Below the pieces are notes generated by a model that made no database searches, was not told the DNA's origin, and was given only the letters and a program-made list of their open reading frames with translations. From Planctomycetota bacterium (GTDB lineage Bacteria; Planctomycetota; UBA1135; UBA2386), in assembly GCA_947501605.1 (NCBI GenBank), contig CANMWZ010000006.1:1-64000 (forward strand): DNA of 64,000 bases, in the 5' to 3' direction. The first letter of the stretch is position 1; each line of letters opens with the position of its first letter. Made by a program: the position numbers and the translations under genes. Positions 27,368 through 37,392 of this stretch are shown here, piece by piece.

Positions 27368-29482
27368 TCATGACGACGCGGCAAGCCGGGGCGCGGTGTT
27401 GCGGCCGCTCCGACCGTGCACGGGCACGAACAACGGATCCGCGGAGGGCACCCGAAACTCCGGCAAGATGTCGCGCAGCGTCTGCCGCACTTCGTCTGGG
27501 GTGCTGCCCGGGTCGCGCAGACGCGTGAGCACCGACGACATCGGCACCGGCCAACCGTTGCCGCGCCAGACGAAGATCTTCTTGCAGTGCGTCTCCTCGA
27601 CCATCTCGTCGGGCAACGCCAGCTCCTCATAGAGCTTCTCACCAGGCCGCATGCCAGTGAAGGTGATGTCGATCTGCTTGTAGGGCTCGAACCCAGACAG
27701 CCGGATCATGTTCTCCGCGAGCGTGCGGATCTTCACCGGGCTGCCCATGTCGAGCAGCATCACTTCGCCGCCCTCGCACATACCCGCGGCCTCCAGAACG
27801 AGGCGCGAGGCCTCAGGAATGGTCATGAAGAACCGTTCCATGTCCGGGTGCGTAACCGTCACCGGACCACCGCGTGCGATTTGCTCGCGGAACAGCGGGA
27901 TCACGCTGCCAGCCGAACCCATGACATTGCCGAAGCGAACCGAGACGAAGCGCACTTCGCTGCGCGCGTCCAGTTCCTTGATGTAGAGCTCCGCCAGTCG
28001 CTTGGTCGCCCCCATCACCGAAGACGGCCGCACGGCCTTGTCGGTCGACACGAACACAAAACGCTCCACGCCAAAACGGTCGGCGAGGTCGGCGACCATC
28101 TTGGTGCCAAAGACGTTGTTCTTGATCGCCTCGCGCGGAACGCGCTCCATCATCGGCACGTGCTTGTGAGCCGCGGCGTGGAACACGATCTGCGGCCGGT
28201 GCTGCGCAAACACGTCGTTCATGCGCTGCTCGTCCGTGATGTCGGCGATCTCCGGAACCACGCGCTCCGCTTGGCCGCCGGTGGCCAGTTCGCGATGGAT
28301 CTCGTAGAGGTTGTTCTCATAACGCTCGACCAGCACGAGGCGCGCTGGTTCGAGGCGCAGGATCTGTCGACACAACTCGGAGCCGATGCTGCCGCCAGCG
28401 CCCGTGACCAGCACGACCTTGCCGACGATCGTCGACGGGGCAGCGCTGCCCTCGATCTCGATCGGTTCGCGACCCAACAGGTCTTCGATCGCGACGTCGC
28501 GCAATTGCGTGATGCGGATCTTGCCCGTCACGATCTCGTGCAGGCTCGGGATCATCTTGGTCTGGAGCGACGCGGACTTGCAGTGCTCCAGGATCCGGTG
28601 CACGTCGGCGCGGTCGGCGCTGGCGATGGCGATCAATGCAACCTTGGCGCCGTGCCGGCGGGCAACCTCGGTCAGCTGTGCGGTCGTGCCCTCGACGCGA
28701 ATGCCGCCGACCAGGCGACCGAGCTTCTCGCGATCGTCGTCGAGAAACGCAACCGGGCGGTAGCCGAGGTTGGCGAACTCGTCGAGTTCCTGCTGCAGCA
28801 TGCGGCCAGCGACGCCGGCGCCGATCAGCACCGTCGGCGTGCCCTTCTCCGTGACGCGCGCGTGGCGCATGCGCATCCTCTCGCGTTGGAGACGGCGGAG
28901 ACCGCGAACGCCCGCGATGCCAAGAATCCCGAACGCGGCGTCGAAGACGACGACACTGGACGGCACCAGCAGACCGTGCACGCGCGAACCCGGCTCGCTG
29001 AGCAGACCACCGCCGTAGCGGACCGTCAGCATCACGAGGGCCGCGGCGCCGAAGGCATTCACGATCGGGGGAACATCGCGGATCCCGATGAACACCCAAG
29101 AGAATCGGGGCACCTGCTGCCACGCGAGCATCGCGTACTGCAGGAGCACGACCCAGGGTAGGTTCCAGAGCATGGCGTCGACCATGCCGTCCGCCGCGCG
29201 ACCCTCGTAGCGAACGAGGAAAGCGCCACAGAACGCAATGGCGAGCACAATGAGATCGAGGCCGAGACAGATCGAATCGCGCCGCAAGCGACGGAAACGA
29301 ACATCACGGTCCGAGAGACGAGGGGGCTGGCTGCTCGCGGACCGAGAGCCATCCTCCGCACCTTGCGAGGACTTGATTGTAGACACGTGGATAACGCCTT
29401 CGTTCTGCAGAACTCGCTCGCGACCGAACTCGTACCGGGTGAGGTGGTACGACCAGCCTGCCGAACGCGCAGAATGGAACAC
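27368..29482 (-). CDS. Membrane-bound UDP-GlcNAc 4,6-dehydratase (CapD/PglF/WbpM family)
   Basis: N-terminal TMs; IEDLLGR, TGAGGSIGSELCRQ, HAAAHKHVP, STDKAV, RFGNV, RPGEKLYEEL; start may lie ~90 nt downstream. Confidence 0.95.
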   Translation of the reverse strand: MFHSARSAGWSYHLTRYEFGRERVLQNEGVIHVSTIKSSQGAEDGSRSASSQPPRLSDRDVRFRRLRRDSICLGLDLIVLAIAFCGAFLVRYEGRAADGMVDAMLWNLPWVVLLQYAMLAWQQVPRFSWVFIGIRDVPPIVNAFGAAALVMLTVRYGGGLLSEPGSRVHGLLVPSSVVVFDAAFGILGIAGVRGLRRLQRERMRMRHARVTEKGTPTVLIGAGVAGRMLQQELDEFANLGYRPVAFLDDDREKLGRLVGGIRVEGTTAQLTEVARRHGAKVALIAIASADRADVHRILEHCKSASLQTKMIPSLHEIVTGKIRITQLRDVAIEDLLGREPIEIEGSAAPSTIVGKVVLVTGAGGSIGSELCRQILRLEPARLVLVERYENNLYEIHRELATGGQAERVVPEIADITDEQRMNDVFAQHRPQIVFHAAAHKHVPMMERVPREAIKNNVFGTKMVADLADRFGVERFVFVSTDKAVRPSSVMGATKRLAELYIKELDARSEVRFVSVRFGNVMGSAGSVIPLFREQIARGGPVTVTHPDMERFFMTIPEASRLVLEAAGMCEGGEVMLLDMGSPVKIRTLAENMIRLSGFEPYKQIDITFTGMRPGEKLYEELALPDEMVEETHCKKIFVWRGNGWPVPMSSVLTRLRDPGSTPDEVRQTLRDILPEFRVPSADPLFVPVHGRSGRNTAPRLAASS

Positions 29483-29639
29483 TAGTTACACGAAACTGCC
29501 TAGGTAGGCTATGTGCATAATCCCATGCCGGCAGAGGGCGTGTGCGCGCCCGCGCAATTCCCGTGGCTGGCGGTGGCCTTGCTACTGCTGAACAACGAAA
29601 CCGCGACGCGTTGACTGAGGCCGCTAGAACCGACTGGCA

Positions 29640-30839
29640 ATGATGAACCCACGCCCGCGAGTTGCCCTGGTTGGCGGGCCCGATGTCGACGCGCGCGTCC
29701 CGCTGATGCGCGAGCTCGGCGCCCGGTTTGAGTTCACGGCCTACGGCAGCGACCCACGCGCAGGACCGAAAATCGCCGATGCCGGCTTCGCCTTCAGGCA
29801 CTATCCCCTGAGTCGCCGGGTCGCCCCCTGGACTGACGTGCGCTCGTTCTGGCAACTGCGGGCCGCCTTCTTGCAGACACAGCCCGACGTCGTTCACGCG
29901 TTCGACACCAAGCCAGGCGTCTTCGGCTGCCTCGCCGCCCGCTCGGCCGGCGTGCCCGTCGTGCTGGCGACGATCACGGGACTCGGCGCGCTCTATGCCC
30001 AGCACGACCTGCGAACGCGGGGGCTGCGGAAGGCCTACGAGATGCTGCAGCGTCTCGCCTGCGATCGCGCCGACATCACCATCTTTCAGAACCACGACGA
30101 CGAACGGCAACTGGTCGCGGCCGGCGTCGCGACTGCGGGCAAGACTGCGGTAATCCTCGGTTCCGGGGTCGACACGCGCCGTTTCGCACCGAGAGGGGCC
30201 GACGCCTCCGCCCGCGCCCGCGTGCGGGCCGAACTCGGCATCCCCCTCGACGCGGTGACGGCGACGATGATCGCCCGCGTCACGCGCTCCAAGGGCGTGC
30301 TCGAGTTCATGGCCGCCGCTCGCACCGTTCGCGCTGCAACTCCCAACGCCCGCTTCCTGCTGATCGGCCCCGACGACCGCGAGAGCCGCGATCGGCTCAG
30401 CCAAGTCGAACTCGAGGAGCTGAGGCGGCTGGTGGTTTGGCCAGGCAGCCGCGACGACGTGCCCGACCTGCTCGCGGCCTCGGACCTGTTCGTGCTGCCC
30501 ACGGCCTACCGCGAGGGAATCCCGCGCGTGCTCCTAGAGGCGGCCGCCAGCGGGTTGCCGCTGGTGACAACCGACTCGCCCGGCTGCAACGAGGCGTGCG
30601 TGCACGGGCACAACGGCATGCTGGTGCGCATCGGGGACGCCGACGCGCTCGCTGCGGCGATCGCGGCGTTGGCGACGGACGCCTCGCTTCGCCAGCGCTT
30701 CGCCGCAGCTTCGCGGGCTCGGGCCGAGACGATGTTCGACCTCGGCGTGATCTCAGGCCAGATGGCAGCCGCCTGGGAGCGGCTGCTGTCACAGAAGGTC
30801 GGCAATCAAGCAACCCGCGCCGGCTCGAGTTCGACCTGA
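29640..30839 (+). CDS. GT4 glycosyltransferase
   Basis: H.F..KP, FQN.DD, GSGVD, REGIPRVLLEAAASGLP, D.PGC.E; 3' end overlaps the convergent WbqC gene by 34 bp. Confidence 0.92.
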   Translation: MMNPRPRVALVGGPDVDARVPLMRELGARFEFTAYGSDPRAGPKIADAGFAFRHYPLSRRVAPWTDVRSFWQLRAAFLQTQPDVVHAFDTKPGVFGCLAARSAGVPVVLATITGLGALYAQHDLRTRGLRKAYEMLQRLACDRADITIFQNHDDERQLVAAGVATAGKTAVILGSGVDTRRFAPRGADASARARVRAELGIPLDAVTATMIARVTRSKGVLEFMAAARTVRAATPNARFLLIGPDDRESRDRLSQVELEELRRLVVWPGSRDDVPDLLAASDLFVLPTAYREGIPRVLLEAAASGLPLVTTDSPGCNEACVHGHNGMLVRIGDADALAAAIAALATDASLRQRFAAASRARAETMFDLGVISGQMAAAWERLLSQKVGNQATRAGSSST

Positions 30840-31480
30840 AACAGCATGTCGAGGTAGCTCAAGTACGGCACGAACTCGCCGTGTCGCTGCGGGTACACCG
30901 GGTTCTGGTAGTCGTGGAACACGACCTCGACGCCTGCCGACGTGAACGGCGCCAGGTCGAGGTACTCACGGCCGAAGCCGCCTGAGAGGTAGGTGCCGGC
31001 GCCGAGGTGCTTGCAGATGTCGAGCAACAGCGGCGGACCCTTTCCCTGGCACGGCAGCTCGGAAGCGAGCACGAACTTGCACTTCGGGGAAAGCAGGCGC
31101 AACGCTGGTTCCCACGACGCGCGGTCGAGCCCGGTCAGAGTCTCGTGCCCAGCCTCGAGGATCGCCTTCACCTCGCCGATGTAGCGCTCGTAAAACGGCG
31201 ACTTGCCGTAGAGGTGCGCTAGGGTCTTCAAGGCGTCCTGATGCCACGGCTGCTCGTAGCTGATCCTGGTGTCCATGACGAGCTGCTCGCGCGGCCCTTT
31301 CTTGACGCCGGCGGTCAGCCACTGGGCGCCCTGCGGTCCCTTGACCTTGCAGCGATTCTCCTCGTGCCGCGGCGTGAACTGCACGTTGTCGAAGATCACG
31401 AACCAGTCAGCGACCTGCATGCGTGACAGGTAGTGCATCCCAGGAAAGAACCGCGGCTGGCTGATGACGCAGGTGGTCAC
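30806..31480 (-). CDS. WbqC-like family protein
   Basis: ISQP.F.P, FDNVQF, NR, YLSG..G..YL, YPQ..GEFVPYLS.LD.LF. Confidence 0.9.
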   Translation of the reverse strand: MTTCVISQPRFFPGMHYLSRMQVADWFVIFDNVQFTPRHEENRCKVKGPQGAQWLTAGVKKGPREQLVMDTRISYEQPWHQDALKTLAHLYGKSPFYERYIGEVKAILEAGHETLTGLDRASWEPALRLLSPKCKFVLASELPCQGKGPPLLLDICKHLGAGTYLSGGFGREYLDLAPFTSAGVEVVFHDYQNPVYPQRHGEFVPYLSYLDMLFQVELEPARVA

Positions 31481-32256
31481 GTGTGCACCTCCTGGCCGTC
31501 TTCGCCTTGCGGCAGCAGCGACACCGCCCGCTTGCGCGGCGGCACCCAACTGCGAAACAGCACGCACGCGGCGGTCTGAAACAGCACTTTGCAATCGAGC
31601 CCCAGGCTCTGTTGCTCGACGTAGCGAACGCCCTCGGCGACTTGTGCCGGCATGTGCCGCGACAGATAGTGATCCTGCGTCGACACGCCGGTCGGCGCCG
31701 GGTCATGGAACGTGAGGTCGGGATACCAGCGGACTTCGGCGGTGCACGCGATCCCGGGCCTGGTCGCCAGTGACCGCATGTGGTCCTTCGTGTAGTGCTG
31801 AAGCACGAAGTCGTGGTCCTCGGGTCGCGGCCCGACAATCGACATCTCGCCGCGCAACACGTTCCAAAGCTGCGGCAACTCGTCGACCTTGGTCTTGCGC
31901 AACAACGCCCCCACCGGGGTAATGCGATCGTCCCGCGCATCCGTGATCTTCCGATCGGCGGTATCCGTTGCGACCCGCATCGTGCGGAACTTCAGCATCG
32001 CGAACGGCCGTCCACACAGCCCTGCGCGACGCGCGCGATAGAGCACGGGCCCCGGCGTAGTCGCCTTGACAGCCAGCGCCGCGAGCAGCCAAATCGGCAA
32101 CGTGAACAGCAGCAGACCACCAGCGACGACGATGTCGAAGGCTCGTTTGCAAACGCGATACCCGCGCTTGCCCTCAAGCTCGGGAGGTGCGACATGGAGC
32201 GCAGCGCCAAAGCGCTCGGGCGCGCCGCGCCGGTTCAAGGCAGGTGCGGGTGTCAT
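31477..32256 (-). CDS. Initiating phosphoglycosyl transferase (bacterial sugar transferase, PglC-like)
   Basis: KRAFDI, KFRTM, LRKTKVDELPQLWNVLRGEMSIVGPRPE. Confidence 0.93.
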   Translation of the reverse strand: MTPAPALNRRGAPERFGAALHVAPPELEGKRGYRVCKRAFDIVVAGGLLLFTLPIWLLAALAVKATTPGPVLYRARRAGLCGRPFAMLKFRTMRVATDTADRKITDARDDRITPVGALLRKTKVDELPQLWNVLRGEMSIVGPRPEDHDFVLQHYTKDHMRSLATRPGIACTAEVRWYPDLTFHDPAPTGVSTQDHYLSRHMPAQVAEGVRYVEQQSLGLDCKVLFQTAACVLFRSWVPPRKRAVSLLPQGEDGQEVHT

Positions 32257-33218
32257 GCGACACAACCCGCCTGCTGCTGCTGGCGATACCACTCCACGAA
32301 GCGACGAAGGCCGTCTTTGACCGGAGTCGTGCACCGGTAGCCGAGTTCGCGCTCGGCCAGCGAAATGTCGGCGAAGGTGATCGGCACGTCACCGGGCTGG
32401 TCTGGCAGGCGATGGAGCAGCGCCTTGCTGGCAAGCGCGTGCTCCAGCGCGGCGACCAACTCGCTCAACGAGGTCGTGGCCGAACCGCCGAGGTTGTAGA
32501 TCGAATAGCCCTTGGCTCGATCCAGCGATGCAACAACGCCGCTGACGATGTCGGCAACGTAGGTGTAGTCGCGTCGGCTCTCGCCATCGCCGAAGAACGG
32601 CAGCGCCTTGCCGGTGCTGATGCAGCGCGCAAAATGGTGGATCGCCATCTCGGGCCGCTGACGCGGGCCGTAGACCGTGAAGAAGCGCAGGCACGTAACC
32701 GGATTGCCGTGCAAGTGGTGCCACGCGTGGCAGATCACTTCGCCGGCCTTCTTGCTGGCTGCGTACGGCGATACCGGTCGATCGACGGCATCGGCCTCAG
32801 CAAACGGAACCTTGGTGTTGCCGCCGTAGACCGACGAGCTGCTGCCGAACACGAAGGGAATCGCCTTGCTGTCGATCTGCTGCATCAGCACTTGCGTGCC
32901 GGTGACATTGACGTCCATGTAGCGGACGGGGTCGGCGATCGATGGTCGAACGCCGGCGAGAGCCGCGAGGTGAATCACACCGTCACAGCCGCGCAGCGCC
33001 TGCTGGCACGTGCGCGCATCGCGAATATCGCCCAGCTGGAACGAGAACCGCTCGCCGCCCGCGGCGGTGAGCAACGCGAGATTCTTCTGCTTCAGCGCTG
33101 GGTCGTAGAAAGGATCGAGATTGTCGAGCACCTGGACCGCATCGCCGCGGGCCAGAAGACGTTCACATAGATGGGAGCCGATGAAACCGGCGCCGCCAGT
33201 AACGAGGATACGTTGCAC
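32253..33218 (-). CDS. NAD-dependent epimerase (UDP-glucuronate 4-epimerase-like)
   Basis: VTGGAGFIGSH, HLAALAGVRPS, SSSSVYG, YAASK, RFFTVYGPRQRP. Confidence 0.93.
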   Translation of the reverse strand: MQRILVTGGAGFIGSHLCERLLARGDAVQVLDNLDPFYDPALKQKNLALLTAAGGERFSFQLGDIRDARTCQQALRGCDGVIHLAALAGVRPSIADPVRYMDVNVTGTQVLMQQIDSKAIPFVFGSSSSVYGGNTKVPFAEADAVDRPVSPYAASKKAGEVICHAWHHLHGNPVTCLRFFTVYGPRQRPEMAIHHFARCISTGKALPFFGDGESRRDYTYVADIVSGVVASLDRAKGYSIYNLGGSATTSLSELVAALEHALASKALLHRLPDQPGDVPITFADISLAERELGYRCTTPVKDGLRRFVEWYRQQQQAGCVA

Positions 33219-33332
33219 AATGGTTCTCCGAAGGGCGGGGGTGAGCCGCGAAGCCGGAAAGACCTACGCTAGGAACGGAGCTACGTCCAGCCACCCCTAC
33301 TGCGAAGTTCCTCTGCGCCTTAGCGGCTCACG

Positions 33333-33418
33333 GCCGATCACTGCGCCGCAGCCAGCCGATCTCTGCGCCGCAGCCAGAAGGAGAGCCAAGCCAGCCAGAC
33401 GGGGAGCCAAGCCAACAA
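33333..33418. repeat. Intergenic tandem repeats (2 x 22 bp, then 2 x 21 bp)
   Basis: GCCGATC(A/T)CTGCGCCGCAGCCA at 33333 and 33355; GAAGGAGAGCCAAGCCAGCCA and GACGGGGAGCCAAGCCAACAA at 33377 and 33398. Confidence 0.75.
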
Positions 33419-33452
33419 GAGAGCCGAAAGGAGAAAAGCCTCCTCCGACGAC

Positions 33453-34124
33453 TCAGGGCGTCAGCAGGCCTTCGCGAATCGCAATGCGAGCGATCTCGGC
33501 GGCCGAATGGATATTGAGCTTGCGCTGCAGGTTCTCGCGGTGCTTCTTCACAGTGCCGAGGGAGATCTTGAGGATGCCGGCCACTTCCTTGTTGGCTTTC
33601 CCCACCGCGATCAACTGGAAGACTTCGCGTTCACGCACGGTCAGCCCGGACAGACTGCGGGCCGCCAAATCTGGCCCGCCTGCTGCATCGGCCGGAGCGG
33701 GACCCAAGAACGAAGCCGCGACGCGCGGGGTCACGAACGATTCGCCGCCGTGAATGGACTCGATCGCCGGCGCCAGTTCGCGCGGGTCCGAGGACTTCGT
33801 GATGTAGCCGTCGGCGCCGGCGCGCAGCGCCTGGAACACGAACTCGCGACTCTCGTGCTGCGAAGCAATCAGCACCTTGCTCGGCGCCGACGCCTTCTTG
33901 ATCGGCGCAACCGCGTCGAGGCCCGACAGGCCCGGCATTCGAATGTCGAGGATGACGACCTGCGGCTTGAGCCGACCGATCTGATCGATCGCATCGCGCG
34001 CATCCCCTGCTTCGCCGACCACTTCGAAGGCTCCCGTCTTCTCGAGCAGTGCTCGCAATCCGGCGCGAACTAGAGACTCGTCGTCGACCAAGAAGATCGT
34101 GATGGCTGGCCGTACCTCGGTCAT
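33453..34124 (-). CDS. NarL/LuxR family response regulator
   Basis: LVDD, LDIRMPG, GYITK; C-terminal LT.REREV..LIA.G..NKEVA..L.IS..TV..H. Confidence 0.95.
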   Translation of the reverse strand: MTEVRPAITIFLVDDESLVRAGLRALLEKTGAFEVVGEAGDARDAIDQIGRLKPQVVILDIRMPGLSGLDAVAPIKKASAPSKVLIASQHESREFVFQALRAGADGYITKSSDPRELAPAIESIHGGESFVTPRVAASFLGPAPADAAGGPDLAARSLSGLTVREREVFQLIAVGKANKEVAGILKISLGTVKKHRENLQRKLNIHSAAEIARIAIREGLLTP

Positions 34125-34446
34125 AACTTCTTTGCTACTCTCAAGACTCGTCTCGTTGGTCACGCACGCCCTCCAGAGCAAGACCGCAGAATCGAAGCGA
34201 ACTCATGCTCAAAATGCTACCTGAATGCTACTTAGAATCCCGAGTAGCTCATCAGCTCGAGACCACGACAGGGTCGGAGTGGACCCAGTCCGACATGGCA
34301 GCAGCGGTCAGGTCCCTGACAGGAATCCTCGCGCCCGCGAACGAGACGGAGACTTCCCGGCCGTAACTCGCACGCTCCCGACCTCGTCGCTAGCGCGCGT
34401 CGAGCAATGCGCGCCAACGCCTGGGTCGATGCTCTGCGAGGCCCGA

Positions 34447-35178
34447 TCAGCCGCGCGGCAAGGTGAACCAGGCGATGGTGCCGCCGCCGTCGCGCGCACG
34501 CAGTCCAAGTTCGCCACCGTGGCGGACGACTACCCGCCGCGAAGTGGCGAGCGACAGCCCCACGCCTGGGATCGAATCCCACGCGTGCAGCCGCTCGAAA
34601 GCCCCGCACACCCGCGCGCGCTGCTCCGCGGACAGGCCGATCCCGCGGTCTGCGATCTCAAACCGCCATGCCTCGCCTTGCGGCACCGCCGACACCAGCA
34701 CGCGCGCCGGCACTTCGCGGGTGTAGCGAACCGCATTGTCGAGCAAGGAAACGAACACCCGCCGCAGCAGTCCGGTGTCGCCGTGCACCGTTGGCAGCGG
34801 CGCCATCACCTCGACGACGGCGCGCTCGAAGCGCGGTTCGCTAGCACGGAGGCCAGCCTGCGCCTCAGCGCACACGAGGCCGGAGTCGACTGCGACCATC
34901 GTCGACACTGGCAGGTCTGCATCGACGAACTCGACGCAGGCGCGGACGATGCGCGTCGCCCTCTCGGTGGCAGTCAGGGCTTGGTCCAGCAGCCGAGCAA
35001 GATTGTCGTGGGCCCCGCCGTCGCGCGCCGCCGCCAGCAGCATCGTCAGTCCGGACAGCGGCGTCAGGAGTTCGTGGCGAGCACTGTGGGCAAAGTTCGA
35101 GCAGTCGCGAAGCCGCAGCAGGTCGTCGGGTTCTGGGTTCATCGGTATCGAGCCAGACATAGGTATCGAGCGAGACAA
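34447..35178 (-). CDS. Histidine kinase core (HisKA + HATPase) without a sensor domain
   Basis: H-box RHELLTPL, N-box LLDNAVRY, G1 DRGIG, FERLH, G2 GVGLSL. Confidence 0.8.
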   Translation of the reverse strand: MSRSIPMSGSIPMNPEPDDLLRLRDCSNFAHSARHELLTPLSGLTMLLAAARDGGAHDNLARLLDQALTATERATRIVRACVEFVDADLPVSTMVAVDSGLVCAEAQAGLRASEPRFERAVVEVMAPLPTVHGDTGLLRRVFVSLLDNAVRYTREVPARVLVSAVPQGEAWRFEIADRGIGLSAEQRARVCGAFERLHAWDSIPGVGLSLATSRRVVVRHGGELGLRARDGGGTIAWFTLPRG

Positions 35179-35638
35179 TCAAGCGCCGGCACGCCGCGTT
35201 GTGGCCAACAGCATGCCGACGCCGGGCAGCTTCGCATTCGCCAGTCGCGCGCAACAGCAGGCGGCCAATTTCTTGATCGCGGCGGCTCGCTTGCGCCCAC
35301 ACTCGCGAGCGCGACCATCAGCCCGGGGCAACGACCGCAGCCATCGCTCTCAGCCTGCTGAAGAATGGCTCCGTCGCCGAGGGCTCGGGATCTGGTTCGA
35401 GATCAAGGAGCGAGCGGCGTCGAATCTGCAGATTCGACGCAGCTCGTGCGCCGCAGAGATCGGACCAGTTACCGCAGCCGCAGGCAGGATGCGCTCTGCA
35501 ACAGGCAGTTAGGCGACGCGAGCAGACAAAGCCGCACCGTCTTTCGCATCCGCGCCAAGGCCGTGACCTGGCCCTGAGTGGCGCGCCGAGCAACGGGTGA
35601 AGGCTCGAATCGCCGCCGATCGCCGACGGCAATCGGCT

Positions 35639-36175
35639 TCACTTCTGCGGCGTCAACGGGCGAGCAGGCGAGGGCGGAGTCCCGACCGTCGGCCGCGCCG
35701 GCACGATGACGGCTGCGGTTTGGGCCGTGGCCGAAACAGCTTTGGGAACTGCGCAGATCCCGCTCAGCGTTTGCACCAACTCGCGACCGACCTGCGCATC
35801 CTGGATCGCAACATTGGCGAGATCGGCGAGCGACAGCATGCCGACGAGCATGCCCTTGCCATCCACCACCGGCAGCCGGCGCACGCGGCGAGCGCGCATG
35901 GTCGCCGTTGCAGTCGCAACATCGTCGCCCTCGCGGCAGACCGCGAGATCCTGCGACATCGAATCGCGCACGGCGATGTCGGCCAACCGCAGGCCCTTGG
36001 TGTATGCCGCCATGCAGATGTCCCGGTCGGTCAGCAGCGCCTGCACGGCGCCCTTCGCGTCGATGACCGCCAATGCGCCACAGTCGTGCTCCCACAACAA
36101 GTGCGCGGCGTGTTCGAGCGAGTCCTGCGGGTTGCAGGTCGTGGCCGGTGAAGTCATCAGTTCGCGAACGCGCAT
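35639..36175 (-). CDS. CBS domain-containing protein
   Basis: MRVRELMT, DCGAL.V, TDRDI, VRRLPVVD..G.LVG.LSLADL. Confidence 0.92.
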   Translation of the reverse strand: MRVRELMTSPATTCNPQDSLEHAAHLLWEHDCGALAVIDAKGAVQALLTDRDICMAAYTKGLRLADIAVRDSMSQDLAVCREGDDVATATATMRARRVRRLPVVDGKGMLVGMLSLADLANVAIQDAQVGRELVQTLSGICAVPKAVSATAQTAAVIVPARPTVGTPPSPARPLTPQK

Positions 36176-36509
36176 AGCTAGCTCCTCCGGGGCGCACGCG
36201 GACATCGCGCAACACTCCCCAGGGCACGGATCATGCGCCGACGCTGGCCGATCTCGTTACGGATTGCGCCCAAGCCTGACTCCATAGGTGGGCGCTGGCA
36301 ACGTCACCGCCGGCGCCGTCACAGTGCGAACTCGGGCTGATGCCGTCGTGCCCCTGGTCTCACACCACCGAGTCGAACCCAGCATGCCTGCTGAGCGGTC
36401 TGCCGGCCCAGCGTCGCCGCGGCCGCGATCTAGCGTAGTTCGTTCGGCCGGATGGCGGTCGAACACCAGCTACAGAGTACTCCGGCAACAGTCCGTATCG
36501 TGCGCCCCT

Positions 36510-37385
36510 ATGAACCACGCCCTGCTCCTCGCCGCCGCGACTGTTCTCGCTGGTGGCACCGCCGCGTTGACCACGACCCTGCTGGCTCCGACGGCAGGCC
36601 CCCTCACTCCCGCCACCGATCCAGAGATCCTCGCCCTTCGTGGCCGGGTCGATGACTTGAAGAAAGAGCTCGACGAAGTGCGCGCACGGCCCAATGCGAG
36701 CGTCGCCGAGGCCGCTGCCGGCAGTACCGAACGGGTCGTCGCCCCTGCGGTGACCGAGACGCAGATCGACGAAGCCGTTCGCCGCTGGTTCGTTGCCAAC
36801 GGCAGTGCCGCGGCGACCCTCAGTGACGGCGGCGCCAAGCAAGCCGGTGTCGACGTCGCCACCAGCCTCAAAGGGCTGCGGGGCAAGAGCGACTACTGGT
36901 CGAACGCTGAGCTCTACAAGAAGCTGTTCGAAGCCGGGCTGATGGACGAGCTCATCGAAGAGTTCGAGATCGCAGCCGAAGGCGCACCTGGCGACCCGCA
37001 GGCGCAGATGGACCTCGGCAACGCCTACCTCGCGCACCTCCAGCTCGACCAGAGCAAGTGGCCGCTGTCGCAGAAGGCCGATGCCGCCTTCGACAAGGTC
37101 CTCGCCATCGACGAGCACCACTGGTCGGCGCGATTCACCAAGGCCATGAGCTACACGTTCTGGCCCGACTTCCTTGGCAAGAAGAAGGAAGCGATCTCGC
37201 ACTTCGAGCGGCTCGTCGCGCAGCAGGATACGATGCCAGTGCAGGGCCATGAAGCGAACACCTACGTGTTCCTCGGCAACCTGCTCGAGCAGCGCGGTGA
37301 GACGGACAAGGCGCGGGCGACCTGGGAACGCGGCCTGCGCCGTCATCCCGACGACGCGCAGTTGCGCCAGAAACTCGGCCGCTGA
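36510..37385 (+). CDS. Membrane-anchored/exported TPR protein
   Basis: Hydrophobic N-terminus, coiled coil, TPR-like repeats (LGNAYL, YVFLGNLL...A...W.RGL..HPD). Confidence 0.75.
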   Translation: MNHALLLAAATVLAGGTAALTTTLLAPTAGPLTPATDPEILALRGRVDDLKKELDEVRARPNASVAEAAAGSTERVVAPAVTETQIDEAVRRWFVANGSAAATLSDGGAKQAGVDVATSLKGLRGKSDYWSNAELYKKLFEAGLMDELIEEFEIAAEGAPGDPQAQMDLGNAYLAHLQLDQSKWPLSQKADAAFDKVLAIDEHHWSARFTKAMSYTFWPDFLGKKKEAISHFERLVAQQDTMPVQGHEANTYVFLGNLLEQRGETDKARATWERGLRRHPDDAQLRQKLGR

Positions 37386-37392
37386 GCCGAGC

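Noticed and set aside
33333..33418. Possible mini CRISPR array
   Set aside because: Repeats are directly adjacent with no unique spacers, and no cas genes are in the window
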